The notes under the pieces were generated by a model, which was given only the letters and a program-made list of their open reading frames with translations, had not been told where the DNA came from and made no database searches. Position numbers and translations under genes: made by a program. Shown in pieces: positions 20,313 through 27,112 of a stretch of 64,000 bases of DNA. Every line of letters begins with the position of its first letter. The first letter of the stretch is position 1. Source of the stretch: an uncultured Bdellovibrionales bacterium (lineage in GTDB: Bacteria > Patescibacteriota > Minisyncoccia > Moranbacterales > UBA1568); assembly GCA_964612055.1 (NCBI GenBank), contig CAZTBI010000001.1, positions 420,824-484,823 on the forward strand, in the 5' to 3' direction.

Positions 20313-20906
20313 TTAATCAGTGTGATTTAGCTGTTCCAGAAGCAAGACGCGGCCACGCCTTATCAAGGTAGCGATCGTGCCCTTTGGTTTTTTCAAAATA
20401 TCAACCATCTCTTCGTAAGTGCGTTCTTCCAGAAATCGTAAAATCAACACTTCTCGATAGATAAGAGGAAGGTCCAGTATAGCGCGTCGGACTTTTTTCA
20501 GATCGTCTCGCCGGAGGAACTCTGCCTCCAAATTCGTTGTCCCAGGAACATACTGAGCCACCTCTTCCAAAGAAGCGTCAGAAACGACAGTCTGCCGATT
20601 TTTACTCCGGAGAGTGTCTATGGCCTGATTATGAGTAATACGATACAACCAAGTAGAAAATTTCAAATCTTCATCATACTCATTCAAATGACGGTAAGCT
20701 TTGATAAAGGATTCTTGCAGTATGTCACTCACCTCTTCCTCTCCCCAGCCCGTCAAGCGCACCAGATAACGACGGAGTGGTTGCTCGTACCGTTCCATGA
20801 GCACCCCGAAGACTTCAGGGTCTTTTTTGGCACGCCTGAGCAGCTCCCCGTCATCAACTGACGCGGGATCTACCGATTCCTCATGGACAGAAGACGAGAA
20901 AGGCAT
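20313..20906 (-). CDS. ECF-type sigma-70 family RNA polymerase sigma factor
   Basis: Region 2 (...FIKAYRHLNEYDE..FSTWLYRITHN...) and a region-4 HTH (...TYEEMVDILKKPKGTIATLIRRGR...). Confidence 0.85.
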   Translation of the reverse strand: MPFSSSVHEESVDPASVDDGELLRRAKKDPEVFGVLMERYEQPLRRYLVRLTGWGEEEVSDILQESFIKAYRHLNEYDEDLKFSTWLYRITHNQAIDTLRSKNRQTVVSDASLEEVAQYVPGTTNLEAEFLRRDDLKKVRRAILDLPLIYREVLILRFLEERTYEEMVDILKKPKGTIATLIRRGRVLLLEQLNHTD

Positions 20907-20981
20907 AGGAAGCTCTGATGAAAACTTTCTGATTCAAAAAACGTTTTACTCTGTGCTGGGAAGTATTAAACATAGTACCAT

Positions 20982-21374
20982 ATGAATACCCTCAAAACGA
21001 GATTTTTTCTGTTCCTCTTCGTAGTAGCAGCCTTTACTGCTCCGCTCACAGCCGTCATGGCCGTAGAAAAAGCGAAGCGTGCCGAAAGCCTCGCTACCAA
21101 GGAAGAGGAGGTTGCTCTCGCCCAAAAGGACATCGCTTTTGCCCGCTATCAGTACTACCTAGACATCAGCGACCAAAAGAATAATCTGAAGCAAGCCATG
21201 GAAGATGCCAAGGCACAGTACGAACAGCTTCTGAAAGAACAGCCTGACCTCGTCAAAGCGAAACAAACAACGGTCAATCAGACGACTATCCAGCCAGTCG
21301 TTACCCAAAAACTAGTAGATCAACAGGTAACCTCTTCCAAGCCCAAGACTTCTACAAAAACGAAAACTTCTTAA
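20982..21374 (+). CDS. Secreted hypothetical protein (signal peptide, coiled-coil, Thr/Lys-rich tail)
   Basis: N-terminal hydrophobic signal-like segment. Confidence 0.45.
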   Translation: MNTLKTRFFLFLFVVAAFTAPLTAVMAVEKAKRAESLATKEEEVALAQKDIAFARYQYYLDISDQKNNLKQAMEDAKAQYEQLLKEQPDLVKAKQTTVNQTTIQPVVTQKLVDQQVTSSKPKTSTKTKTS

Positions 21375-21385
21375 ACCTACAGGCT

Positions 21386-21880
21386 ATGCGTTTTTTCAAG
21401 TTATTTGGCTTTACCACCCTGACGCTTTTTGTTGCCTCAATCGCGTGGCACGTCACACTACGCACGTCTGAAGTAACCGATCTGGGACGTTTCACTCTCA
21501 TGACGGCTTTGGCGGAAGATGATGATGACGAAGAAGAGGAAGACGAGGATGAAAGAGAAGACGAAAGAAGTAACGATGAAGAAAATCAAACCTCAAAACC
21601 AAAAACGGTCAAGGTGCTAAAAGAATTCATCGAGTACCAACCAGTGACCAAAACCATTGTCGTCACTGAGGAAGCCTACAGTAAAGATACCGATGGCGAC
21701 ATCCTGGTGGATGCTATCGACCCGGATCCGCTCGTCCCACAAAATGAGTACTTTACCGACATTGATGGAGATGGTATTCCGAATGCTCTTGATCGCCACC
21801 ACGATGAGGATGACTTCACCTACTTCGAAGTAGAAACTGATACTAACAACAACGGCCTTCTCGACTCCTATGAACAATAA
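21386..21880 (+). CDS. Secreted acidic protein with thrombospondin-type-3-like Ca-binding motifs (DTDGDILVDAIDPD, DIDGDGIPNALD)
   Basis: Signal/TM segment, a poly-D/E run and DxDxDG repeats. Confidence 0.5.
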   Translation: MRFFKLFGFTTLTLFVASIAWHVTLRTSEVTDLGRFTLMTALAEDDDDEEEEDEDEREDERSNDEENQTSKPKTVKVLKEFIEYQPVTKTIVVTEEAYSKDTDGDILVDAIDPDPLVPQNEYFTDIDGDGIPNALDRHHDEDDFTYFEVETDTNNNGLLDSYEQ

Positions 21881-22799
21881 GATCTGGTACAGTGTTCGCA
21901 AAGAGGTGAAGCAGAAAATCATGAACACCGACATCCTGTGCGAGATCATCTTTTCTGACGGCCAAGAAGAAAAAGCTGTAGTAGCATTGGAAACAGTCTT
22001 CGATATGATGCGTGATTTCGAAAAACGTTTCAGCCGCTTCAGAAAGGACAACGAACTCTTTGCACTCAACCAGAGTACCCAACTGAAAGTTTCAGAGGAT
22101 CTCTTCGCGATGCTCACGCTCGCCAAACGCTTTCACGAATCAACCCAGGGACTCTTTGATCCGAGCATCCTTCCTCTTCTCGAAAAAGAAGGTTACCAGG
22201 GGACACTCCCCCAGACCGCCTGGAAAGAAAAGGGTGACTTCTCAAAACTTCATCTCGATCCCACTACGCGTACCGTCACCAAACCAGCAGATCTCTTTAT
22301 CGATTTGGGTGGTATCGGCAAGGGATACATCGTCGATCAGGTAGCGCTCTTTCTCAAACAACATTTCGATAACTTTCTCATTGATGCCGGAGGAGATATC
22401 TTTGCCCAGGGAGTGAACCAAAAGGAAGACTATCCCTATTGGGCTGTTGAAGTTGAACACCCTCTTGAAAGCAAACTTCCTCCTGCTATTCTCCTTCTGA
22501 AAGGCATGGCCGTCGCTACTTCGGGGAGAAATCGTCGCCACTGGGTGAAGGAAGGAAAAGAAAAACATCATCTCATCAATCCCCTCCTCGGAGAAAGTGC
22601 TGCCGAAGATTTTTTGACCGTCACTGTTCTTGCTCCAAATACTACCGCTGCTGATATTCTCGCCAAATCACTTTTTATCGCCGGGAAAAAGCATGGTCCA
22701 GAACTTGCCAAAGCCTGGAGCGTCCCTGCAATCTTCATCGAAGCCTCAGGGAATGTCATTCTTAATCAGTATGTCCAGAAGTATGTTTGGAAAGCCTAA
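21870..22799 (+). CDS. apbE: FAD:protein FMN transferase (ApbE family)
   Basis: ApbE-like motifs (DLGGIGKGY, IDAGGD). The start may be the internal Met at 21918. Confidence 0.8.
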   Translation: MNNKIWYSVRKEVKQKIMNTDILCEIIFSDGQEEKAVVALETVFDMMRDFEKRFSRFRKDNELFALNQSTQLKVSEDLFAMLTLAKRFHESTQGLFDPSILPLLEKEGYQGTLPQTAWKEKGDFSKLHLDPTTRTVTKPADLFIDLGGIGKGYIVDQVALFLKQHFDNFLIDAGGDIFAQGVNQKEDYPYWAVEVEHPLESKLPPAILLLKGMAVATSGRNRRHWVKEGKEKHHLINPLLGESAAEDFLTVTVLAPNTTAADILAKSLFIAGKKHGPELAKAWSVPAIFIEASGNVILNQYVQKYVWKA

Positions 22800-23238
22800 A
22801 AAAGTTTTTATTCTTTTTGTTCTCCTCGGTAGCTTCGTGCTCCCAGGAGACTGTGCGCGTGCGGCAGTACAAGATAGTGATGCTGATGGACTGACCGATC
22901 AGGCAGAACGCGATATCTATCTCACTGATCCCCAAAACCCTGATACTGACAATGACGATATTGGGGACGGCGAGGAAATCATAGGTGGTACCAGCCCAAA
23001 ACAAAAGGACATCTCTTCTCTCGAAATGATACGGCAGGCGACGGAAGGCGCCAACCGCAATTGGTACAACAAGTTTTTCTTCGATGCAGAACCAGGAACA
23101 CTCTGGCTCTATAGCTTCTCATCCGTTCTTGTTCTTGTCCTCACCAGCTTCCAAATTCGTGCCGCCCTACGAAAAAGAGACAACGCGAGCGCTGTCCCTG
23201 TCCAAAATATTTCCCCTGAAAAAGATGTTCGAACCTAG
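22783..23238 (+). CDS. Membrane-anchored hypothetical protein with Asp-rich Ca-binding-like repeats. The start at 22783 overlaps the apbE stop; the track ORF starts at 22630.
   Basis: Signal-like N-terminus, DSDADGLTDQAERD / DPQNPDTDNDDIGDGEE repeats and a C-terminal TM helix. Confidence 0.45.
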   Translation: MFGKPKKVFILFVLLGSFVLPGDCARAAVQDSDADGLTDQAERDIYLTDPQNPDTDNDDIGDGEEIIGGTSPKQKDISSLEMIRQATEGANRNWYNKFFFDAEPGTLWLYSFSSVLVLVLTSFQIRAALRKRDNASAVPVQNISPEKDVRT

Positions 23239-23246
23239 GGCGTTCT

Positions 23247-23639
23247 TTAATCTTTTTTTCTGGCTGCCTCCTCATGTAATAGATGAAATCGATCATGGAT
23301 GAGTTCCATCTCGGCATCAGAAAGGTCTTCCAGATCAATCAGCTGATTACTTGATGTTTTTCCTGCGCGAATCAGTTCATCAAGTTTGAGTTGCATCGCC
23401 CGAGCATCACGATTTTGGGTATTCTGAACTAAAAAGACCATAAGGAATGTCAGGATGGTCGTACCAGTGTTGATAACGAGCTGCCACGTATCAGAAAAGC
23501 CATAGTAGGGTCCAGTACAGGCCCACACCACGACAACGAGCAAGGCGAGAACGAAAGCCTTTGACGACCCCATCATGCGCGAAGCCTTGACTGCAATTTT
23601 TCGAAAAATCTCATTCATGCTTTTCATTTTACTCTCCAA
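23247..23639 (-). CDS. Low-affinity iron permease family small membrane protein
   Basis: The segment WQLVINTGTTILTFLMVFLVQNTQNRD matches my recollection of the conserved core of this family (PF04120-like). Confidence 0.5.
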   Translation of the reverse strand: MESKMKSMNEIFRKIAVKASRMMGSSKAFVLALLVVVVWACTGPYYGFSDTWQLVINTGTTILTFLMVFLVQNTQNRDARAMQLKLDELIRAGKTSSNQLIDLEDLSDAEMELIHDRFHLLHEEAARKKD

Positions 23640-23681
23640 AAAGAAAAAAGAAAAGAAGCATTCTCATTCCTTACGTCTGGC

Positions 23682-25370
23682 CTAATGATTCTGAGTAACT
23701 TCTTTCATCAGAAGCTCTTTCTTCTCTTTCGCTTGAGTAAAGTTCGGGTTGAGTTCAAGCGATTTATCAAGAGCTTCTAAAGCGTTCGCAGAATCATTTT
23801 GTTTTATATACACATTCGCCAGATTGTAATACAGAGAGAAGAGTGTAGGACTCAGTTCGATAGCCAGTTGGTACTCACGTTCTGCGGCAGTGAAATCCCC
23901 AGAAGACACATAGAGTGAACCAAGGTTATTATGAGTCTTGTAATTCGTGGGATCTAACTCTAGTACTTTTTGGTAGTTTTTTATGGCATTCGCAGTATCG
24001 CTTACTTCAGCGTATGACAGGGCTAAGTTGTAATAGAGATCCACTTCGTTTGGCGAAAGAGCGATAGATGCGTTATAGAGTGAGATGTTGTCTTTGAAAT
24101 CTTTGTTTCGATTGGTATCTATCTTCCAGGCAATACCAAGATAAAGAATGACGACTACGAACAGAACTACTTTCACGGAGAGGCGACCGAAAAATGCTTT
24201 ATATCGTTCCGTCAGGTGTTCCACACCATAAATCAGCGCAAGAATAAGGCCAGCGAGCGGTATAAAAATATATCGTTCATAGAGTACATTATTTCCCAGG
24301 CTACCAATAAAGATGATCGGTGGCGCAATAAGAAAAAGCCACCAGAGCAAGCCAACAAAAGGAGCAGCTTGTTTTTTACGAAAGAACACGAAGAGCATGA
24401 TAAAAAACATCAGAAGCACCAGTCCTGAGAGAATAATCTGAAAGGCTGGCAACTGATTGACATCAATAGAATGGAACAAGTTAAGCGGAAGCGGGAAAAG
24501 GAGCTTAAAGAGGTAAGCCCCGAAAAGCCACAAAGAAGTAAGGGTGTGAGTTGAAGCTGATAGATCTTCAGTAGTTCTGGCATAATCATTCGCAAAAAAT
24601 GTTCCGAGAACAGCATACCGAAAAGAGAAGTACACAAAAATTGGTACGGTGTAAAAAAGGACGAGTCGGTAATTCTTCACCAGAGACATAAAGACTACTT
24701 TCGGAAATCTTTTTTGGAAGAGTTCACAGCCAATAAAGATTGCTCCGAAAAAAACAGCTGTCTCCTTGGAAAACATCGCGAGCAACCAAAACAGTCCTGC
24801 TTTTATCAAAGCATTCTCTTTTTCTTCTTCGGAGTACCGGATATACCATTTGAGAGAAAGCAAAAGAAAGATCGCTACGAGTATATCCTGCACGGCTGCG
24901 ATCCAGTTAATGACTTCGGTATTAATTGGATGCGTCAGAAAAAAGAGTACTCCCAAAAAAGCGAGGATCCTGTTTTTAAGGAAGAATGTATAAAAACGAA
25001 GGAGAATCAAACAAAGGATGGAGATATAGGCAAGATTCAAGAAGTGAAAGATCCATGGTGAGGAAGATATCCGATATGCCACGAAATCCGAGAGAAGCTT
25101 CATCGGCCGGTAGTAGAAACCCTTTCCTTCACAACCGCCAAGCTGATACTCCCCCATACAGCCCGTAAATGTCTTGTACCAGTACTGTCCGCTGTGCACG
25201 TATTCATTCGTTACGATGGCCGCCCGGTCATCATGAACAAAACCATTCGCAAGAGTGCTTCCGAAGAATACTAAAAGCACTACCATCAGTATGATCTGCT
25301 GATTGAGTTCTACAGAGAAGAACTTTTCTAGTTTAGAGAAAAATGTCTTGAGATTTTCCATTCCTTTCAA
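23682..25370 (-). CDS. Multi-pass membrane protein with C-terminal TPR repeats (TMTC/PMT-like, DUF1736-type glycosyltransferase family 39-like)
   Basis: About 11 TM helices, then TPR repeats in the C-terminus (YYNLALSYAEVSDTANAIKNYQKVLELDPTN...). Architecture typical of TMTC-like proteins. Confidence 0.7.
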   Translation of the reverse strand: MKGMENLKTFFSKLEKFFSVELNQQIILMVVLLVFFGSTLANGFVHDDRAAIVTNEYVHSGQYWYKTFTGCMGEYQLGGCEGKGFYYRPMKLLSDFVAYRISSSPWIFHFLNLAYISILCLILLRFYTFFLKNRILAFLGVLFFLTHPINTEVINWIAAVQDILVAIFLLLSLKWYIRYSEEEKENALIKAGLFWLLAMFSKETAVFFGAIFIGCELFQKRFPKVVFMSLVKNYRLVLFYTVPIFVYFSFRYAVLGTFFANDYARTTEDLSASTHTLTSLWLFGAYLFKLLFPLPLNLFHSIDVNQLPAFQIILSGLVLLMFFIMLFVFFRKKQAAPFVGLLWWLFLIAPPIIFIGSLGNNVLYERYIFIPLAGLILALIYGVEHLTERYKAFFGRLSVKVVLFVVVILYLGIAWKIDTNRNKDFKDNISLYNASIALSPNEVDLYYNLALSYAEVSDTANAIKNYQKVLELDPTNYKTHNNLGSLYVSSGDFTAAEREYQLAIELSPTLFSLYYNLANVYIKQNDSANALEALDKSLELNPNFTQAKEKKELLMKEVTQNH

Positions 25371-25503
25371 AAACAGTGAACTTTAACTTACTTACAGCCA
25401 GAATAGCAGTTTCAGGAAATTTCATGAAATCCTGAACTTTTTCTTGTTCAGGTCCATTCACAACTCAAACAAAAAAGCATCTTTGATGGATACTTTTTTC
25501 TTA

Positions 25504-25520
25504 GCGGGGACGACCGGACT
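25504..25520 (-). repeat. Orphan direct copy of the 3' end of tRNA-Asp (GCGGGGACGACCGGACT), identical to 25601-25617
   Basis: 17/17 nt identity with the tRNA-Asp 3' terminus, located 80 nt downstream. Confidence 0.9.
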
Positions 25521-25600
25521 TACCCCTTCGGGGCATAAACTTCTCATCCGGACATTCCAGAAAACCAAAACCCGACCACAAGGGCCGGGTTCTTGATTTT
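25521..25600 (-). repeat. Conserved 80-nt tRNA-downstream element. Minus-strand order is terminator hairpin plus T-run, a variable segment, then GAGAAGTTTATGCCCCGAAGGGGTA. It is homologous to 26401-26478.
   Basis: Aligns with the element downstream of tRNA-Ala. Shared blocks include AACCCGGC..GGGTTTTG and GAGAAGTTTATGCCCCGRAGGGGTA. Confidence 0.8.
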
Positions 25601-25675
25601 GCGGGGACGACCGGACTCGAACCGGCGACCTACTGCGTGACAGGCAGTCGCTCTAACCAGCTGAGCTACGCCCCC
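25600..25675 (-). tRNA. tRNA-Asp (anticodon GTC)
   Basis: Revcomp folds as a cloverleaf GGGGGCG-TA-GCTC..GAGC-...CTGTCAC...-CCGGTTCGAGTCCGG-CGTCCCC-G, with anticodon loop CUGUCAC. CCA is not fully encoded. Confidence 0.9.
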
Positions 25676-25688
25676 ATTTTTTCTTTTG

Positions 25689-25762
25689 TAGCAGGGGCGA
25701 GACTCGAACTCGCGACCTCAGCGTTATGAGTGCTGCGTTCTAGCCAGCTGAACTACCCTGCC
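25689..25762 (-). tRNA. tRNA-Met (anticodon CAT), elongator-like
   Basis: Revcomp is GGCAGGGTAGTTCAGCTGGCTAGAACGCAGCACTCATAACGCTGAGGTCGCGAGTTCGAGTCTCGCCCCTGCTA, with anticodon loop CTCATAA. Confidence 0.85.
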
Positions 25763-25787
25763 ATATTTTCCGATTTGTTCTGCTTGT

Positions 25788-25859
25788 TGCGGGGGGTGGA
25801 TTCGAACCACCGACCTCTTGGTTATGAGCCAAGCGAGCTGCCAGACTGCTCTACCCCGC
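25788..25859 (-). tRNA. tRNA with CAT anticodon (Met or Ile2/lysidine type)
   Basis: Revcomp is GCGGGGTAGAGCAGTCTGGCAGCTCGCTTGGCTCATAACCAAGAGGTCGGTGGTTCGAATCCACCCCCCGCA, with anticodon stem CTTGG/CCAAG and loop CTCATAA. Confidence 0.85.
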
Positions 25860-26088
25860 TATAATTCTTCAATCGCTCTCTCCCTTGTCCAGATTTCCAA
25901 AATTTTTCTCTTTCTCTGGCATGAAGACTATCAGAACACTCCTCAAGTTTCAACACCTGCACTATCTTTTTTCCTTTTGTGGAAAATGTTTTTCCCTTCC
26001 TATGTTCATAGACTCTCTGTCGCAAGTCATGCGTCATACCGACATAGTATCGGCCGTTTTCAAATCGCAATGCATACACCGTATACAT
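25822..26088 (-). CDS. GIY-YIG nuclease family protein (YhbQ-like, 88 aa)
   Basis: MYTVYALRFENGRYYVGMTHDLRQRVYEHRKG matches the GIY...YIG...R..E pattern of the YhbQ/UPF0213 family (compare E. coli YhbQ [30 protein letters not shown]). Confidence 0.8.
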   Translation of the reverse strand: MYTVYALRFENGRYYVGMTHDLRQRVYEHRKGKTFSTKGKKIVQVLKLEECSDSLHAREREKFWKSGQGRERLKNYSGVEQSGSSLGS

Positions 26089-26094
26089 ATACTT

Positions 26095-26176
26095 TCTTGG
26101 TTATGAGCCAAGCGAGCCCTCCTACGGCGGGTAAACTGCCAGCTTGTCCGCCTGCGGCGGAACTGCTCTACCCCGC
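26095..26176 (-). other. Partial copy of the 5' portion of the CAT-anticodon tRNA (positions 1 to about 44, through the anticodon arm). Two roughly 20-nt insertions in the D-loop region include a conserved hairpin TCCGCCGCAGGCGGAC. It lies immediately upstream of the GIY-YIG gene.
   Basis: Revcomp is GCGGGGTAGAGCAGT[TCCGCCGCAGGCGGACAAGC]TGGCAG[TTTACCCGCCGTAGGAGGG]CTCGCTTGGCTCATAACCAAGA. Outside the brackets it is identical to the tRNA at 25788-25859. Confidence 0.8.
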
Positions 26177-26217
26177 TGTATGATGATTGTATCCCTTTTC
26201 TCTTGACACGCCAACTG

Positions 26218-26291
26218 TGGGTGATCCAAGATTCGAACTTGGGACCTCGACATTATCAGTGTCGCGCTCTAACCAACTGAGCTAATCACCC
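26218..26291 (-). tRNA. tRNA-Ile (anticodon GAT)
   Basis: Revcomp is GGGTGATTAGCTCAGTTGGTTAGAGCGCGACACTGATAATGTCGAGGTCCCAAGTTCGAATCTTGGATCACCCA, with anticodon loop CTGATAA. Confidence 0.9.
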
Positions 26292-26348
26292 GAATTTCTG
26301 ATAGCCAAAGAAAAAGCTTCGAAAAGACCTATTTTTCGAGCCTCGGCA

Positions 26349-26376
26349 GTATAGCTGAACTAAGAAAAAATTTCAA
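26349..26376 (-). promoter_or_regulatory. Sigma-70-like promoter for tRNA-Ile (minus strand: TTGAAA, 16-nt spacer, TATACT)
   Basis: -35 TTGAAA (revcomp of 26371-26376) and -10 TATACT (revcomp of 26349-26354), about 55 nt upstream of the tRNA-Ile 5' end. Confidence 0.5.
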
Positions 26377-26384
26377 GTCGGATG

Positions 26385-26400
26385 TGGACCGTACAGGACT
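26385..26400 (-). repeat. Orphan direct copy (third copy) of the tRNA-Ala 3' end (GTGGACCGTACAGGAC)
   Basis: 16-nt identity with 26661-26676 (tRNA-Ala 3' end) and 26481-26495. Confidence 0.9.
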
Positions 26401-26478
26401 TACCCCTCCGGGGCATAAACTTCTCGCCCAGTCGATCCAAAAATCAAAACCCCGCAACCAGTGCCGGGTTTTAACTTT
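26401..26478 (-). repeat. Conserved ~80-nt tRNA-downstream element (second copy; homolog of 25521-25600)
   Basis: Shared blocks TTACCCCTYCGGGGCATAAACTTCTC and CAAAACCC...GCCGGGTT with the Asp-locus element. Confidence 0.8.
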
Positions 26479-26495
26479 GGTGGACCGTACAGGAC
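26479..26495 (-). repeat. Orphan copy (second copy) of the tRNA-Ala 3' end, here carrying a full templated CCA (revcomp GTCCTGTACGGTCCACCA)
   Basis: The sequence ggtggaccgtacaggac includes CCA, whereas the resident tRNA-Ala gene encodes only ..CCACA. Confidence 0.85.
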
Positions 26496-26610
26496 GCGAA
26501 TACTCGACCTCCGGCCTGCGTTCTATGAGGCTTCCGCCCTCTAGCCCCGCAAGCGGGTCACCCCAAACGGGAAACTCCCGTTTCCCGACCCCTTCCCGTT
26601 CAAGCCCTGT
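26496..26610 (-). ncRNA. Structured G-rich segment (about 115 nt) ending in a tRNA-Ala-like 3' terminus. Candidate small RNA or element remnant with several hairpins, including AAACGGGAGUUUCCCGUUU and a GGAA-tetraloop stem.
   Basis: Multiple perfect hairpins. It is bounded upstream by the tRNA-Ala terminator and downstream by a CCA-bearing tRNA 3'-end copy. No family assigned. Confidence 0.3.
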
Positions 26611-26656
26611 ACAATAAAATATAAAATGCCCGTATCATACGACACGGGCATTTTAT
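26611..26656. terminator. Rho-independent terminator after tRNA-Ala (ATGCCCGT-loop-ACGGGCAT with flanking T/A runs; bidirectional)
   Basis: 8-bp perfect stem with T-runs on both strands. Confidence 0.7.
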
Positions 26657-26659
26657 AAT

Positions 26660-26734
26660 CTGTGGACCGTACAGGACTCGAACCTGCCACCCCCGCATTG
26701 CAAATGCGGTGCTCTACCAGATGAGCTAACGGCC
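26660..26734 (-). tRNA. tRNA-Ala (anticodon TGC)
   Basis: Revcomp is GGGCCGTTAGCTCATCTGGTAGAGCACCGCATTTGCAATGCGGGGGTGGCAGGTTCGAGTCCTGTACGGTCCA, with anticodon loop TTTGCAA. Confidence 0.9.
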
Positions 26735-26741
26735 CAATTTA

Positions 26742-26984
26742 CTACTTCGTTATTGTATCAAGAAGCTTTCTCCCTTGTCCTGACTTGAGAAACCTCTCTC
26801 TTTTCATAGCTTCCGTCTTTTCTTCGTACTGCTCAGTATAGAGTAGCACAAAGGGCTTATTTTGTTTTGTATATGTGTTCGATCCGGTATTATGTTCCCT
26901 TAGTCTAACAGCGGCATCTTTCCCGCTGTAGCCCACATAACGCTTACCATTTTTTTCACTTTTTAGTACATACACTGTGAACAT
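26742..26984 (-). CDS. GIY-YIG nuclease family protein (YhbQ-like, 80 aa)
   Basis: MFTVYVLKSEKNGKRYVGYSGKDAAVRLREHNTG carries GIY-YIG motifs. It ends 8 nt before the tRNA-Ala 5' end. Confidence 0.8.
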   Translation of the reverse strand: MFTVYVLKSEKNGKRYVGYSGKDAAVRLREHNTGSNTYTKQNKPFVLLYTEQYEEKTEAMKRERFLKSGQGRKLLDTITK

Positions 26985-26997
26985 AGTATATACGTTT

Positions 26998-27047
26998 TGA
27001 TGATGAGCTCCAGCCGGAGGCTGGTCCGCCTCTGGCGGAAACGGCCC
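26998..27047 (-). other. Partial copy of the tRNA-Ala 5' end (positions 1-16) split by a 30-nt insert containing the conserved hairpin TCCGCCAGAGGCGGAC, immediately upstream of the GIY-YIG gene
   Basis: Revcomp is GGGCCGTT[TCCGCCAGAGGCGGACCAGCCTCCGGCTGG]AGCTCATC. Outside the brackets it matches GGGCCGTTAGCTCATC of tRNA-Ala. Confidence 0.8.
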
Positions 27048-27112
27048 AAAATTGTTTCTTTCAAATGTGATAATTCTAGCCGAAAAAAGAAATTTTGTCT
27101 ACTATATGAGAT

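Noticed and set aside
26090-26178. Possibility that the partial tRNA copy plus the GIY-YIG ORF represents a group I intron-split tRNA gene
   Set aside because: The downstream tRNA (25788-25859) is complete and canonical by itself. The upstream piece duplicates its 5' half rather than supplying a missing exon, and no group I intron core (P3-P7) is evident in the 235-nt interval, which is almost entirely ORF.
26496-26610. SRP (4.5S) RNA candidate because of a GGAA tetraloop and a CAGGCCGGAGG segment
   Set aside because: The resemblance to the domain IV consensus (AGGUCCGGAAGGAAGCAGC) is only partial. No convincing symmetric-loop motif or closing helix could be built by eye.
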